Below, piece by piece: positions 10,145 to 20,300 of a stretch of 64,000 bases of DNA. The position numbers were made by a program, and so were the translations under genes. Position 1 is the first letter of the stretch, and every line of letters starts with the position of its first letter. Origin of the DNA: Pelagomonas calceolata. Lineage: Eukaryota. Below the pieces are notes generated by a model. The model had not been told where the DNA came from. It did no database searches and saw only the letters and a list, made by a program, of their open reading frames with translations. The stretch spans positions 4,154,001-4,218,000 of the forward strand of contig CAKKNE010000002.1 of the NCBI GenBank assembly GCA_918797485.1. The letters run 5' to 3'.

Positions 10145-11491
10145 TTATCCGATCCCGCGAGCGACGTGCGCCGCCCAATGCAACGCCTCCCGAAAGCGGG
10201 GTTTCTCGTCCCAGGCCTGCTGCGTCGGCGCCGGCGTCGCCTTGATGCCGCGCTCTCTCCGTATCCGCTCGGCGAGGTCGAAGTCTGGGCCTTCGTCGGG
10301 GTAGCTGGGCTTCGGCGGCACCCACTTCGTCGCGTAGAGCGACTCCTCCTTCCGCCAGGCCTTGACCCAGTCCGCTTCGCCCTCGTACTGCGGAGGCAGG
10401 GGCGCCCAGGTGCCCTTGCCCGTCGGATCGCGGTCGTACGATTGATCTGTCACGCCCATCAGGGACCACGTGTTCAGGTTGCGCAACGTATCTACGACTC
10501 TCGCGTTTCTAGGAGCACAGCAGGGCACGTTGTCCTTTCTCTTCGCGTAGCACGCGCTGCAGTCCCCGGGGCTCCAGCAATTTGCGACCGCGCGACTCAT
10601 GCCCGGCTCCCAGGGCACTGTATAGACCTTGGCCTGCGTCGCGAGCATGGCCGCTGCTTGACTTAGCGGAGAGTGGCCCAGGAACAGGTTCGGAGCCGTC
10701 ACGAGGCCGTGGAAGGTCTCGGCCGGGTCGCCGTTTAACACAAATGTAACATCTTCCTTCACTAATTCCCCGAACTGCTCCACCGAACCTTCGGAGAATA
10801 TGCAGATCTTCGCGTTCTCATCGCTTTTCTTTATGGACCTCACCAAACAAACATACGTAGCATTCGGCACGAGGCCGTCCCTATGCATACCTCGACGCGC
10901 GTGGATCCGATAGTCACACTCGAACTGCTTCGTCGGATGTGCTACGGCATCGTACATCTTCCGTAGTTCCTTCCTCACATTGATATCGGCGACCATGTAC
11001 CATTTTATATCATTTGGCTTCAAGAACCTAGGTACCACACTATTCTTCGCCTTGCCGGCTTCGTAAGTAGAACATCGTTCGTCGGACTTGAGACCACTGA
11101 TGTCATGTGGCATGGGGCTGTGCACGTAGCAGCACCCGCGGTCCGGCACGCGCCTACAAAGCGCGAAGACGGCCATGCGCTGCAGGTATTGTCCCCCGAA
11201 GCCCGCGGCGTGCTGGCCCGCGGGATAATAGGCCTGCACGCGCGGCGGCTTGTTGGCGTCGTAGCGCTCGCCCTTGGGTGGCGGCGGTGGTGGTGGCTTC
11301 TTCACCGCGCGGCCCCCGACGAAGGGCGCCCGCGTCGCCGCCTCGGCCTCGCGCGCCCGCTGCCGTCGCTTCAGAAACTGCTGGCGCTGATTTCGTAGGC
11401 TCGGCGAGAACTGGAGCCGGCGCGTCGTGTTCGCAGCGTCGGTGGCGGTGCTGTGTGTCAGCAGCGTGGCTGCGAGCAAAACGAGCGGCAT
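10145..11491 (-). CDS. Secreted/Golgi protein with glycosyltransferase (GT11/GT23-like) motifs
   Basis: Signal peptide MPLVLLAATLL. IHARRG, IFSEG and TFHGLVTAPNLFLGHSPLSQAAAML resemble fucosyltransferase-type GT-B motifs. Confidence 0.55.
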   Translation of the reverse strand: MPLVLLAATLLTHSTATDAANTTRRLQFSPSLRNQRQQFLKRRQRAREAEAATRAPFVGGRAVKKPPPPPPPKGERYDANKPPRVQAYYPAGQHAAGFGGQYLQRMAVFALCRRVPDRGCCYVHSPMPHDISGLKSDERCSTYEAGKAKNSVVPRFLKPNDIKWYMVADINVRKELRKMYDAVAHPTKQFECDYRIHARRGMHRDGLVPNATYVCLVRSIKKSDENAKICIFSEGSVEQFGELVKEDVTFVLNGDPAETFHGLVTAPNLFLGHSPLSQAAAMLATQAKVYTVPWEPGMSRAVANCWSPGDCSACYAKRKDNVPCCAPRNARVVDTLRNLNTWSLMGVTDQSYDRDPTGKGTWAPLPPQYEGEADWVKAWRKEESLYATKWVPPKPSYPDEGPDFDLAERIRRERGIKATPAPTQQAWDEKPRFREALHWAAHVARGIG

Positions 11492-11611
11492 CGCTGCCCG
11501 CGGCCGCGCTGTCGCGCGCATGGATGGTCCAGCAGGCCCGCGCGCTGCCCGGAGCCTGCGCCACGCTCTCGTGCGTTCGTCCTGCGCCGCCCCACCGATT
11601 TTTGGCTGCTT

Positions 11612-11634
11612 GCTAGTGCCTTACGGCCGCTAAC
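11612..11634 (-). promoter_or_regulatory. CTAG-dyad intergenic element
   Basis: GCTAGTGCCTTACGGCCGCTAAC upstream of minus-strand ATG 11491. Confidence 0.65.
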
Positions 11635-11654
11635 AAGAATCACACACCAACAAA

Positions 11655-12434
11655 TTACTCCGCGCGCAGCTCCCGCGCGAGGCGCTCCGCCTCGAGCGCG
11701 TCCTCGTCGACGCGCCTTTGGATAAACACCGTGCCGTCGCCCCACGCCTCGCGCATGGTGCCCGTCCAGCGCAGCTCGAAGTCGTCGGACGGTAAGGGAG
11801 CCGTCATCGTGATGAAGTAGCAGCCCGGGTCCATGTTCGAGGCCATCCTTGCAAGGGTCTCCATGAGCTTCCGGTCGAAGCATGTGGAATTGGCAAATAC
11901 GACTCGTGATGAAATCCACTCGTCGATCACCGTAGCGTCGCCCCGGATGAAATTGACGTCGACTTCCCGCCTCGTCTCCGACTCCATCTTCTCGCGGATG
12001 TGCAGGTCGAACCTTGGCAGCAGCTTCTGGTCACACAGTTCGTGCAGCCCCTCGAGGATCTCGATGCCCAGCACCTTGTCGAAGTCCCACGAGAGAGCTG
12101 CGGCGAAGACCGCGCGCCCCGCACCGGACCCCAAGTCGCAGAACTTGCCGCCCGGCTGCAGGCCGTCGTTCCGGAGCACCTGAAACAGCCCCGCGAAGGG
12201 GCCGAAACAAATTTCGCCGTACGTCAGCGACGCCGCCACGAAGCCATGCTGTCGCCGTTCTTTCCGGGACGTGCGCTTGCCGACGTGCTGGGGGTAGAGC
12301 TCGTAGAGCTGGTTGTAGAGGTGCTCCTCGGGCGTTGGAGGTGTCGGGTCCGTGAGGCCCTGCTCCTCGAGGTAGCAGCGGTGGTCCCTTATTTTATATG
12401 GAGAGAAGCTGCCCTCGAGCTCGTCGGCGCCCAT
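11655..12434 (-). CDS. DOT1-domain class I SAM methyltransferase
   Basis: LTYGEI, FCDLGSGAGR, GIEIL, FIRGD and VFANSTCF motifs. Confidence 0.8.
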   Translation of the reverse strand: MGADELEGSFSPYKIRDHRCYLEEQGLTDPTPPTPEEHLYNQLYELYPQHVGKRTSRKERRQHGFVAASLTYGEICFGPFAGLFQVLRNDGLQPGGKFCDLGSGAGRAVFAAALSWDFDKVLGIEILEGLHELCDQKLLPRFDLHIREKMESETRREVDVNFIRGDATVIDEWISSRVVFANSTCFDRKLMETLARMASNMDPGCYFITMTAPLPSDDFELRWTGTMREAWGDGTVFIQRRVDEDALEAERLARELRAE

Positions 12435-12474
12435 GGCGCTGTTTTGGGCAGCCCTGTGATGGGCTGCGCTGCGC

Positions 12475-12496
12475 GCTAGTGTGTCGCTACACTAGC
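12475..12496. promoter_or_regulatory. CTAG-dyad intergenic element (variant)
   Basis: GCTAGTGTGTCGCTACACTAGC, 40 bp upstream of ATG 12434. Confidence 0.55.
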
Positions 12497-12596
12497 ACCG
12501 TCTTCCGTTTCTGGGCCGCCAGACCCATTGAAGTTGATTGAACCATGGCAACTACTAAGTTAGTAGTATTAACAACGTTTAGTCAGAACAGAAAAA

Positions 12597-13475
12597 TTAG
12601 TCGAGCACGTCCTCCACGGGCGTCGTCGGCAGCGACACAAGAATCGGGCGGAAAATTGGTGCAGGCAGCGCGGCGTCCGCGCGCTCGACGGCGTAGAGTT
12701 TCAGGCCGTCGACGCGCTGGGCCGCGAAGCCGAGGTCGTCCAGCGCTATGCCATGGAGCGAGTCCGCCCGCCGCCGCAAATTGAAACGCGGCAGCGCGCC
12801 CCAGAAGTACGCTTCCACGTCAGACCGGGGATTGTAGAGGACGAGGCAGACGCCATTCATCGAAAGCAACTCGGCAATCGTCGAAGCCAACGCCTCCATC
12901 GTCGCCGCCGCCACGGTTAAATCAGTAGCTTTTAGGGCGTAGAGGCACTCCGAGGCAATCACGAGGTCCGCCCGTCCATGAACGCGGGCGAACGCTTGAG
13001 CGTTGGCGCGGCCCCAGCTTAATGAAGCCGCTCGCACCGTACCGGAGAAGCCGTCATTACGAAGATGGTCCTCGAGCGCTTTGGACGAGGCGGCAATCAT
13101 CGAGGGCACGTCCGTCGCGTAGGTCTCGAAGCCGCAGAAGGCTGCACATGTTGCGGGGATGGCCGCCGCGCCGCAGCCTAACTCAATTGCGACGCCTCTT
13201 CTCTGGGATTTACCTTCGTGCTTCAGGATGCGGGCCGCCATGACGCTTGCCCCTCGCCACACGGCCCGGCCCGTCGGGTCGCCGCTGTTCGTCTGCGATT
13301 GTGGTGCACGTAACGGGAAGGGCAAACCAGGGATGACCACGTCTACGCCCGGTCGGAGGTGCTCGCACGGGTGCAAAAAGTGCTTCGCGCCGTGCGGGAA
13401 GAGCGGGTGCGGCACGAGCTGCGTGCAGTGCGGGCGCCAGTGGGCCGCGTCCGGCGTGGGCTGGGCGACGAGCAT
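12597..13475 (-). CDS. Methyltransferase family 16 (METTL21-like protein lysine methyltransferase)
   Basis: TGRAVWRGASVMA, IELGCG, ATD, LSWG and DLVIASECLY motifs. Confidence 0.8.
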   Translation of the reverse strand: MLVAQPTPDAAHWRPHCTQLVPHPLFPHGAKHFLHPCEHLRPGVDVVIPGLPFPLRAPQSQTNSGDPTGRAVWRGASVMAARILKHEGKSQRRGVAIELGCGAAAIPATCAAFCGFETYATDVPSMIAASSKALEDHLRNDGFSGTVRAASLSWGRANAQAFARVHGRADLVIASECLYALKATDLTVAAATMEALASTIAELLSMNGVCLVLYNPRSDVEAYFWGALPRFNLRRRADSLHGIALDDLGFAAQRVDGLKLYAVERADAALPAPIFRPILVSLPTTPVEDVLD

Positions 13476-13661
13476 GGTTTCGCGGCGACGGCGTCGGGGG
13501 TCCGAGCAGGCTGGCTGCAAAGCTCACTCAGGTGTGCACACAACTTAGGTAGAGATGCCGTTGCGGAGGATCTGTCTCGAGGATGCTGTGAGCGATTCTT
13601 TGGTTGCAAGGGCCGGAGGATGCCGCAAAATAGGTTAGGATGCTTCCCAAAAATATAATCT

Positions 13662-13685
13662 GCTAGCGTCCAGTAACACACTAGC
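13662..13685 (+). promoter_or_regulatory. CTAG-dyad intergenic element
   Basis: GCTAGCGTCCAGTAACACACTAGC in a divergent intergenic region. Confidence 0.7.
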
Positions 13686-13829
13686 GGAATTGATTTTGCC
13701 GAGAGCACCAGCCCGTAAAAGAGCTAGGCAGGCCGGGGCCGCGCCTCAGTCGAGCCCCGGGCAGCCCCATTGGTCGACGGCAAGCGTCGGAATAGCCGCG
13801 CACCCATACTCGACGCGTTCGGGCAGCCC

Positions 13830-14657
13830 ATGGCGAGCACTGCTGCGACGCACCGCCGCCGCTGGTCCCAGGCCGAGAAGGACGTGTGCGCCGCAGGCGT
13901 GAAGAAGTTCGGGGCGTTCAACCACCGGCGCATCGCACAACTCGTCGGCACGCGCTCCAAGGCGCAGGTCCGCACGTACCTCTACGCGGCGGGCTACCGG
14001 AAGTTGGGGGCCGCTCCGTTCTACACGACGGTCGATCAGCCGCCGCCGCCGCCGCCGCCGCCGTTCGCGACCCATGAGCGACTCGACAATACCGAGGTCC
14101 CAACCATAGACATATTCAACGGTGCCAAGGACCGAAGCGACGATGAGGGCAATACCAACGATGGCGTAGAGCGCCACCAGAAGATTCTCCGTCGAGAAGA
14201 GCAACACCACGTCCCGTTCTGGAGCGCCGCCGAGCTCGCCGCGGACGACTGGACGCCGCCGCAGCGACAGGCCTTCGAGAAAGCCTTTTCGCGGAAGATG
14301 GCCGCACGCTTTGAAGCCACGGACATCACCTCTGCGGATGTCGTCCACGGCCACGGCACGGTCGCGAGACGCCTTTTGTTGCGAGGCGAGGTCCTCGTTG
14401 ACCCCTGCGCTTCTTATATCGAAGGCGCGCCGCCGCCGGCTAGTGACGACCGCGCCGTCGCATACAACGACGCCCACTTCCGCCTGCGGACAGACACGCG
14501 CGCCGCCCCGTCCTACTACCTCAACGAGGCGCGTGATCGAGAACCGAACGTCGAGTGGCGCGTGATTGATCTGGGCCGGCCGGCGCTCGGCGTCGTCGTC
14601 CTACGAGATATCCAGCCGAAGGAGGAGCTCCTTCTATTCTATGAGGCGCCGGACTAA
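13830..14657 (+). CDS. Myb/SANT plus SET-domain protein
   Basis: WSQAEK...GVKKFG...IAQLVGTRSKAQVRTY (Myb); YYLNE...PNV...RDIQPKEELLLFY (SET). Confidence 0.75.
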   Translation: MASTAATHRRRWSQAEKDVCAAGVKKFGAFNHRRIAQLVGTRSKAQVRTYLYAAGYRKLGAAPFYTTVDQPPPPPPPPFATHERLDNTEVPTIDIFNGAKDRSDDEGNTNDGVERHQKILRREEQHHVPFWSAAELAADDWTPPQRQAFEKAFSRKMAARFEATDITSADVVHGHGTVARRLLLRGEVLVDPCASYIEGAPPPASDDRAVAYNDAHFRLRTDTRAAPSYYLNEARDREPNVEWRVIDLGRPALGVVVLRDIQPKEELLLFYEAPD

Positions 14658-14662
14658 TGTAC

Positions 14663-15967
14663 TTATAACTCGTCCTTCCCGCTCGCGAGGAACGCCCTCC
14701 TCTCAGGATAGTCGGCCCCGTGGCGCTCCGCGCTCAGGGCGTCGATTTTTTTGAGTTGAGCCTTCTTCGACCGCGGCTTCGCGTCGCCATTGGCATATTT
14801 TTCGAGCGCGGCCCAGGCGGCGCCGTGGCCGCCGTGCGAGGGTGTGACAGACGCGGTCTTCGCCGACCTTAATGCTGAACCCGCGGCCAGCGACACCAGA
14901 CCCACGGGCACGGTCACGTTGCGCGCGGCCCAGCGCGGGTGGCAGCCCGCTCTTACCAAAGCGTCCGTCGAATCGCGGTTCGAGATCAAAACTTCCGCGG
15001 CACCCGCCTCCTGGGCCCGCCACGCCTTCTCCAAAAACTGGCATCCGCCGCCTCTTCTAGCGATAGCTATGGCACCCGTCAAATCGTCCTTGGTAGGTAG
15101 ACAGCCGTCGCCAACGTCCACAACTTTCCGCTCGATCCCGCGGAAGGGCCGGCCAAATTCTGCTAGTAAATACTCAAACGTCTCTCCCGATACTGTCAGG
15201 ACCCCGCCATCCACTCGATCTTCTTGGACGTACGTCGCGTCGCTCGCCGCGGCCGGCTCGCATAGGCTTTGTGTTTGTTTCGTCTCCGAGGACTCGATAC
15301 AATTGATGGGCACGAACGTCGCTTCGTAGGACGATGCATTCATCTCCTCGAGCAGGGCGTCGCCCTCCCACTCGGCGACCATGGCTACACTAGCCTGCAC
15401 CTCGTGGGCGTCGGGGCCCGGCGCGTGCTGGTTGCCCGGCTCATTGTTTACTAACAGTAATGTTGCTAGAGAAGCGTTGTCTTCCACACTTTCCGCTAGG
15501 TAGGTAGCTTTCGTACCAAACGTACAAGTGCCCCGCTTCGCTACCACTGTATGTGGTTTCGCATTGATCCGTGCGACAATGTCCTCGCTCAAAGAACTAC
15601 AAAGGTCCAGAGGCTCGGCAGCGACAAGAGGCAACCTCCCAACGGGCAAATGTTCCCCAAAATGCCCTCGTAGGTACTGCATCGACGCCGGCCAGCCCTC
15701 GACATAGAGCCTCCCCCAGTGCGCGTTTTTCCTCAATTCCTCTTCAGCCTCCAAATCACCGGGCGCCGCATGGTCCCGCACCTCAAAAGTGAGTTTGGAC
15801 ATCACTTCAGGTAACAGCTTCATCTCGTTGTTCACCGAGAACCAGTTGCCCGGGGCCTCGAGCTGAGCAGCCCCTTCGGGAGCCGGCTCCATCTCCTTGG
15901 GCCGGAAGTAGACGATGGGGGCAGCCCATGTTGTGGTTGCGACGAGGGCGAGCACTGCTTTCGCCAT
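14663..15967 (-). CDS. Secreted protein with two protease-associated (PA) domains
   Basis: Signal peptide; AKRGTCTFGTKA and ARRGGGCQFLEKAWRAQEAGA PA motifs. Confidence 0.8.
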   Translation of the reverse strand: MAKAVLALVATTTWAAPIVYFRPKEMEPAPEGAAQLEAPGNWFSVNNEMKLLPEVMSKLTFEVRDHAAPGDLEAEEELRKNAHWGRLYVEGWPASMQYLRGHFGEHLPVGRLPLVAAEPLDLCSSLSEDIVARINAKPHTVVAKRGTCTFGTKATYLAESVEDNASLATLLLVNNEPGNQHAPGPDAHEVQASVAMVAEWEGDALLEEMNASSYEATFVPINCIESSETKQTQSLCEPAAASDATYVQEDRVDGGVLTVSGETFEYLLAEFGRPFRGIERKVVDVGDGCLPTKDDLTGAIAIARRGGGCQFLEKAWRAQEAGAAEVLISNRDSTDALVRAGCHPRWAARNVTVPVGLVSLAAGSALRSAKTASVTPSHGGHGAAWAALEKYANGDAKPRSKKAQLKKIDALSAERHGADYPERRAFLASGKDEL

Positions 15968-16118
15968 GGTGCGATGGGGCAGCGCTGCGCCGCTGTTACT
16001 GGGCCGCTGGGCTTCGGCCTCTCTCCGGCCGCGTGGCTAGTGGCTTCCTTTCCGCGGGGAACGGTGTGTCGCCGGTGGATGGCTCTCGAGAGCGATCCCC
16101 GCGTGGGAACCCTGCGCG

Positions 16119-16140
16119 GCTAGCGTAGTATGGGCACTAG
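16119..16140 (+). promoter_or_regulatory. CTAG-dyad intergenic element (variant)
   Basis: GCTAGCGTAGTATGGGCACTAG in a divergent intergenic region. Confidence 0.55.
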
Positions 16141-16184
16141 AGAGAACAAAAGAGCAGGAGCCAGCGCAAACAACCCCAGAAATC

Positions 16185-16820
16185 ATGCGTACCGCTGTAT
16201 TTCTTAGCCTCATCGCGGCCGCCAGGGCCTTCGCGCCGCCCTCGATCCTGCGGGCAACGGTCGTTGTCAAGAACGAGGCCGACGCCGCTAGTACTGTGCC
16301 AGAGTCTCATAGAAGGATCCCCGTTGCGCGGCGCGCAGTCATGCCGCGCGCGCTGCGCCGCGCTTCGACGCTGTTGTTGAATACCAAACGTTTCGCCGGA
16401 GGCGCTCAATAGTCATGCAACCCATGCCTATGGCGCCCTCCGCCGACGGAAATCGGCCCCGGCAGAAACGTGCCATCACTAACGCGCGCCCGCACCGCTG
16501 CGCACCGCGCGATACCGACCGCACCCAACACGACATACCACACAGGTGGTTTCCGCTACGACAACTCCGACTCCGTGAGCCCCCTCGAGAAGAAGAAGGC
16601 GCTCCAGGACACGGCGAGCTGGTGCCTCGAGCGCTGCATCAAGCTCGGCCACTGCGAGGTCTTCGAGGACCTCAACAAGATGTCGACGGCCCAGGTGCAG
16701 GACTTCTGCAAGGCCTGCGTGCTCACGGGCGAGGCGACGCAGGACGAGTGCGACGTGTCGATGATGTTTATCGAGGACGGGCCGTGGGCCTCGATCGACC
16801 GCGCGGCCGTGGGCGTCTAG
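16185..16820 (+). CDS. Small Cys-containing plastid-targeted protein, probably two exons (intron ~16291-16545)
   Basis: MRTAVFLSLIAAARA-FAP is an ASAFAP-type presequence. A phase-1 GT...CCACACAG intron joins it to a GC3-rich frame (GFRYDNSD...CLERC...C...CKAC). The donor position is uncertain. Confidence 0.6.
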
Positions 16821-16940
16821 AGGACGCGCATCGCAGTGGTCGCCGCCGCCGTAAGGATCTGTTTCCCTGAGGAGTAGTACGCGCCGAGGGGTCGCGGCGA
16901 CGGCGTGCACGACCACTCTCCGAGTCCCCCCCGGTGAAAT

Positions 16941-16975
16941 TGTTACGGTGCTAGAACTAGTGGGCGGGGCCCCTG
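16941..16975 (+). repeat. 35-bp dispersed repeat, copy 1 (starts TGTTACGG)
   Basis: TGTTACGGTGCTAGAACTAGTGGGCGGGGCCCCTG; 34/35 identical to 33975-34009. Confidence 0.8.
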
Positions 16976-17302
16976 TCTAGGGCCTCTGCCCAGGGCGGGG
17001 GGAGACACCGCCCGCGGGCGAGCGCGCCAGCAAACTCGAGTGCGCGAGCGACGTTCGCGCCGCCGCGACTTCTAGCCGGGACGACGCCGCCGCCGCGCGC
17101 CCGGCGACGAGTGACCGCCGGGCGCCGGGCGAAACCCTCTAGCCGGGTGCAGCAAACCTCGAGCTGTCAACTGCTTCGTTTGGGCCGCGCGCGCACGGCG
17201 CACGGGACAAGGAGGGCTGCCCCAGCGCCAGCATAGAGCCAGCGCCGCCGTCGGACGCCCTCGGCTCAGCAGCAGCGGCTCTACAGTAGGCCAAGCAACA
17301 GC

Positions 17303-20300
17303 ATGAGCTACCAGCCGGGAGATAGAGTAGAGGCCCAGTTCCAGGGCGGCCAGCAGTGGTACGCCGGCACCATTTCTGGAAAGACGGCGACGGGCTACGA
17401 CGTCGACTACGACGATGGAGACAAGGAGCAGAACGTCGCCGTGACACTGATAAGAAGCCAAGTCTCTGATGCGGTAAAAGCGTTGCAAGGCAAACCGGAA
17501 GGGACGCCGAAGAAGCCCATCACTTTGAAAAGGCAGGACTCTGCCGAGGCCACTTCTGCCTTACTCGCCTCGGCCCAAAAGATCAAGGAGGACTCACTAG
17601 AGCAATCAGCAGAAACGCTCGCGAACCTGCGGGCCGCGGCCTCGGAGAGCGAGGCCGAGGCGGGGCTGAAGGCCATGAACGGCCTGCGACGGGCCTCGTC
17701 CGAGGTCGAGGACGAAGGGATTCAGAGGGCTACGAAGGCGATGCGCGAGGTCGCCCGCGAGGACAACACTCATCAAATATTGCGGAAGGCCGCGCTGGAC
17801 GTGTCGGCTGATGATGCCGTGAATACGCTCAAGAAGGTAGTGGCGTTCCAGTCCGATTCGGAAGACGACGACGTCCGCGAGGCGCCGGCGCCGGCGCCGG
17901 AGCGCTTCGACGGGGATTCGGACGATTCTCGCTTGGAAGACCAGGCGCGATCGATCCGGGAGAAGCGTTCCAAGAAAACGAGGTTCGCTCTAGAACGAGG
18001 CACGATACTGTTAGGAAACACGGAGGAAATCCGCCAGGTCCATGATGCTAGACAGAGATATTTACGACCGAGGATTTCTCGACGAGATTTAACAGATGAG
18101 GACATCGCGCCTCCCTCCCAAGACGCGCGTGCCGTACTAGAGGCGTGTTTTGATGGTGATCTGCCAGCACTGAAGAAGGCAGCCAAAAAGTGCGGCTTCA
18201 GCGAAGGCCTTGGGTTGAGGTGTGCGTTAGTTGCTGATCAGAAAGGACGCACAGCGTGCCACTACGCCGCTTTGCAAGGCAGGCACGACGTGCTCCAATC
18301 CTTCGGGGAGGCCTGGCGTGCCCAAGCTTCTGAAGAGTACGACCGCAAGGTGTCTGATCTGCGAGGGCGATTGGTAGAAGCATCTAGAGACTGCCGCCGC
18401 CGGAACGTAGAACATGAATTGCGAGGCGCCTACGAGTTCGCCGCGAGAGAAGCGGATCGGGAACTCAGGCAGAGAGAGTTAAGATGCGAGGCGGCCTGGC
18501 GGACCTGCTGCACGGCGCGGGACGACCTTGGACGGACGCCTCTGCACTATGCCGTGGCGTGCGTCGATGCGGCCCACACGGCGTTGACGGTAAAAGCCTT
18601 GATGACAGGATCGGCAGATTTAGCACTACCGTCCAACGCGCTCGTGAAGAACGGGTCGCTGGGCGAGCCTCCCTTGCTACGAGCGGTGGCGTCGGAGCTG
18701 TTCGCGGATGATTTTGCGGCCCAACGCATCGCTGATAAACTCTTCAAGAACAACGGCGGCGGTGACCGACCGCCTAAGAGAGGCTGGAGGTATGTGGGAG
18801 ACACGTGTCGAAAACATGCCAAGAGGGACAACAAGGAGAACCTTGATGCGGCCTCGAAAGCAAGAGCGGCTCGTAGAACTCCTGTGTTCTTGCGAGTGCA
18901 AGAAGCGGGTAGGTCTAGGGCAGCTTACTTATTCCCGCGGCACGCTCGAATTGATGTGGGCACCGGTGCCCTCTGCGGCGCGCCTCGCAAAGCGATGCCA
19001 CTCATTCAAGCGTCAGCTCCAAAGGAACCGGACGATGTTTTGAGGAGGGAAGCGTTGTTACTGTGGCTGTGGCGAGCTCTAAGGCAAGGCGCGAGGCGAG
19101 CCGCTCGAAGGTACGCGGAGGTCGGCAAAATACATAAAGACGGCCCCGGGAAGACGCGCACGAACGCCGGTGAACTTTTGAGAGCCTTCGAGCGGGCGGA
19201 TCCGAGGGCCGACGGCTGTATTACCTTAGATCAGTTCGACTCGTGCCTAAGGGCTCTGGACGTGCGCCTGGCGTACGGCACGCTGGAGGAACTCGCCGCG
19301 AAGTACGAATTCAAGCCGCCGCGAGATCGGCCCGAGTTGTCCAGAGACCGAAGGTTAAAAGTCGACTACGAGCGGTTGATCGATGATGTGTTGGCTTCGC
19401 AGAAAGATGAAGAAGCGTCTTTGTCTGAGGAGTCCGAAGGGAGCGCACCGTCACGACAGCACTCGTCGTCCGACGAGTCTGATTGCGGTTCTATCAAGCG
19501 CGAACGACTACGGAGGGAGAAGGATCAAGACAGACGTAGGAACGAGAGGCGAGACAGAGTCGGCGCGCCCGCGCCAGCGCCCACCCTCAAGGGCTCGTCG
19601 TCGAGAACCGTCGCGGCGGCCACGTTGAAAGCCGTCGGGAGCGAGTTGGCGATCACCGACGGTAGTAACGCGAGAGCGGGCACGGCCTCGGCTCGAGCGT
19701 GGCTGACGAAGGGTGCCGCCTGGCCCGCCCAGTCCTCCTATTTAGCTGGTTTTGCGGAATTACTAAAGGCGAGGTCCGCGGTCCTCGACGCGCACGATTG
19801 CGCGGGCTTTACGCCGTTGCACTGCGCTGCTTACGCTGACGCGCCTACCGAAGTCTGCGAGTCGTTGCTGAGGCGGGGCGCGACGCGGTCACTGAGGGCG
19901 GACGACGGCGCGTTGGCCGAAGATCTCGCGAAGAACGGCGCCACACGCAGAAGCTTGCGGAGGATGTGTATCAGAGAGTTCGACTTGTCGTTCCAAAGGA
20001 CTTACTTGGAAGAAAGCGATGATGACACGGAGCAAAAAAGACCGAAAAGAGGAAAGGGTTTCTCCGCCGATAGGATGCCGGGCGAGTACCACAATTATAG
20101 GAATGGTGATGATCGGGGCGTCACGAAGAACAAAGGAAGGGCGGCGGCGGCGGTCGCTACTCTAGCGGCGCATGCTTTAGATGCGGTCGACCCAGATCAA
20201 AATAGACGGGGCGGTCGGCCGGGCGCGCCGGGAAGGCACGACGCCTTTGATGCGTGGCGGACGACGCCTGCTGCAAATGCTGCGGTGGACTTTAATACGA

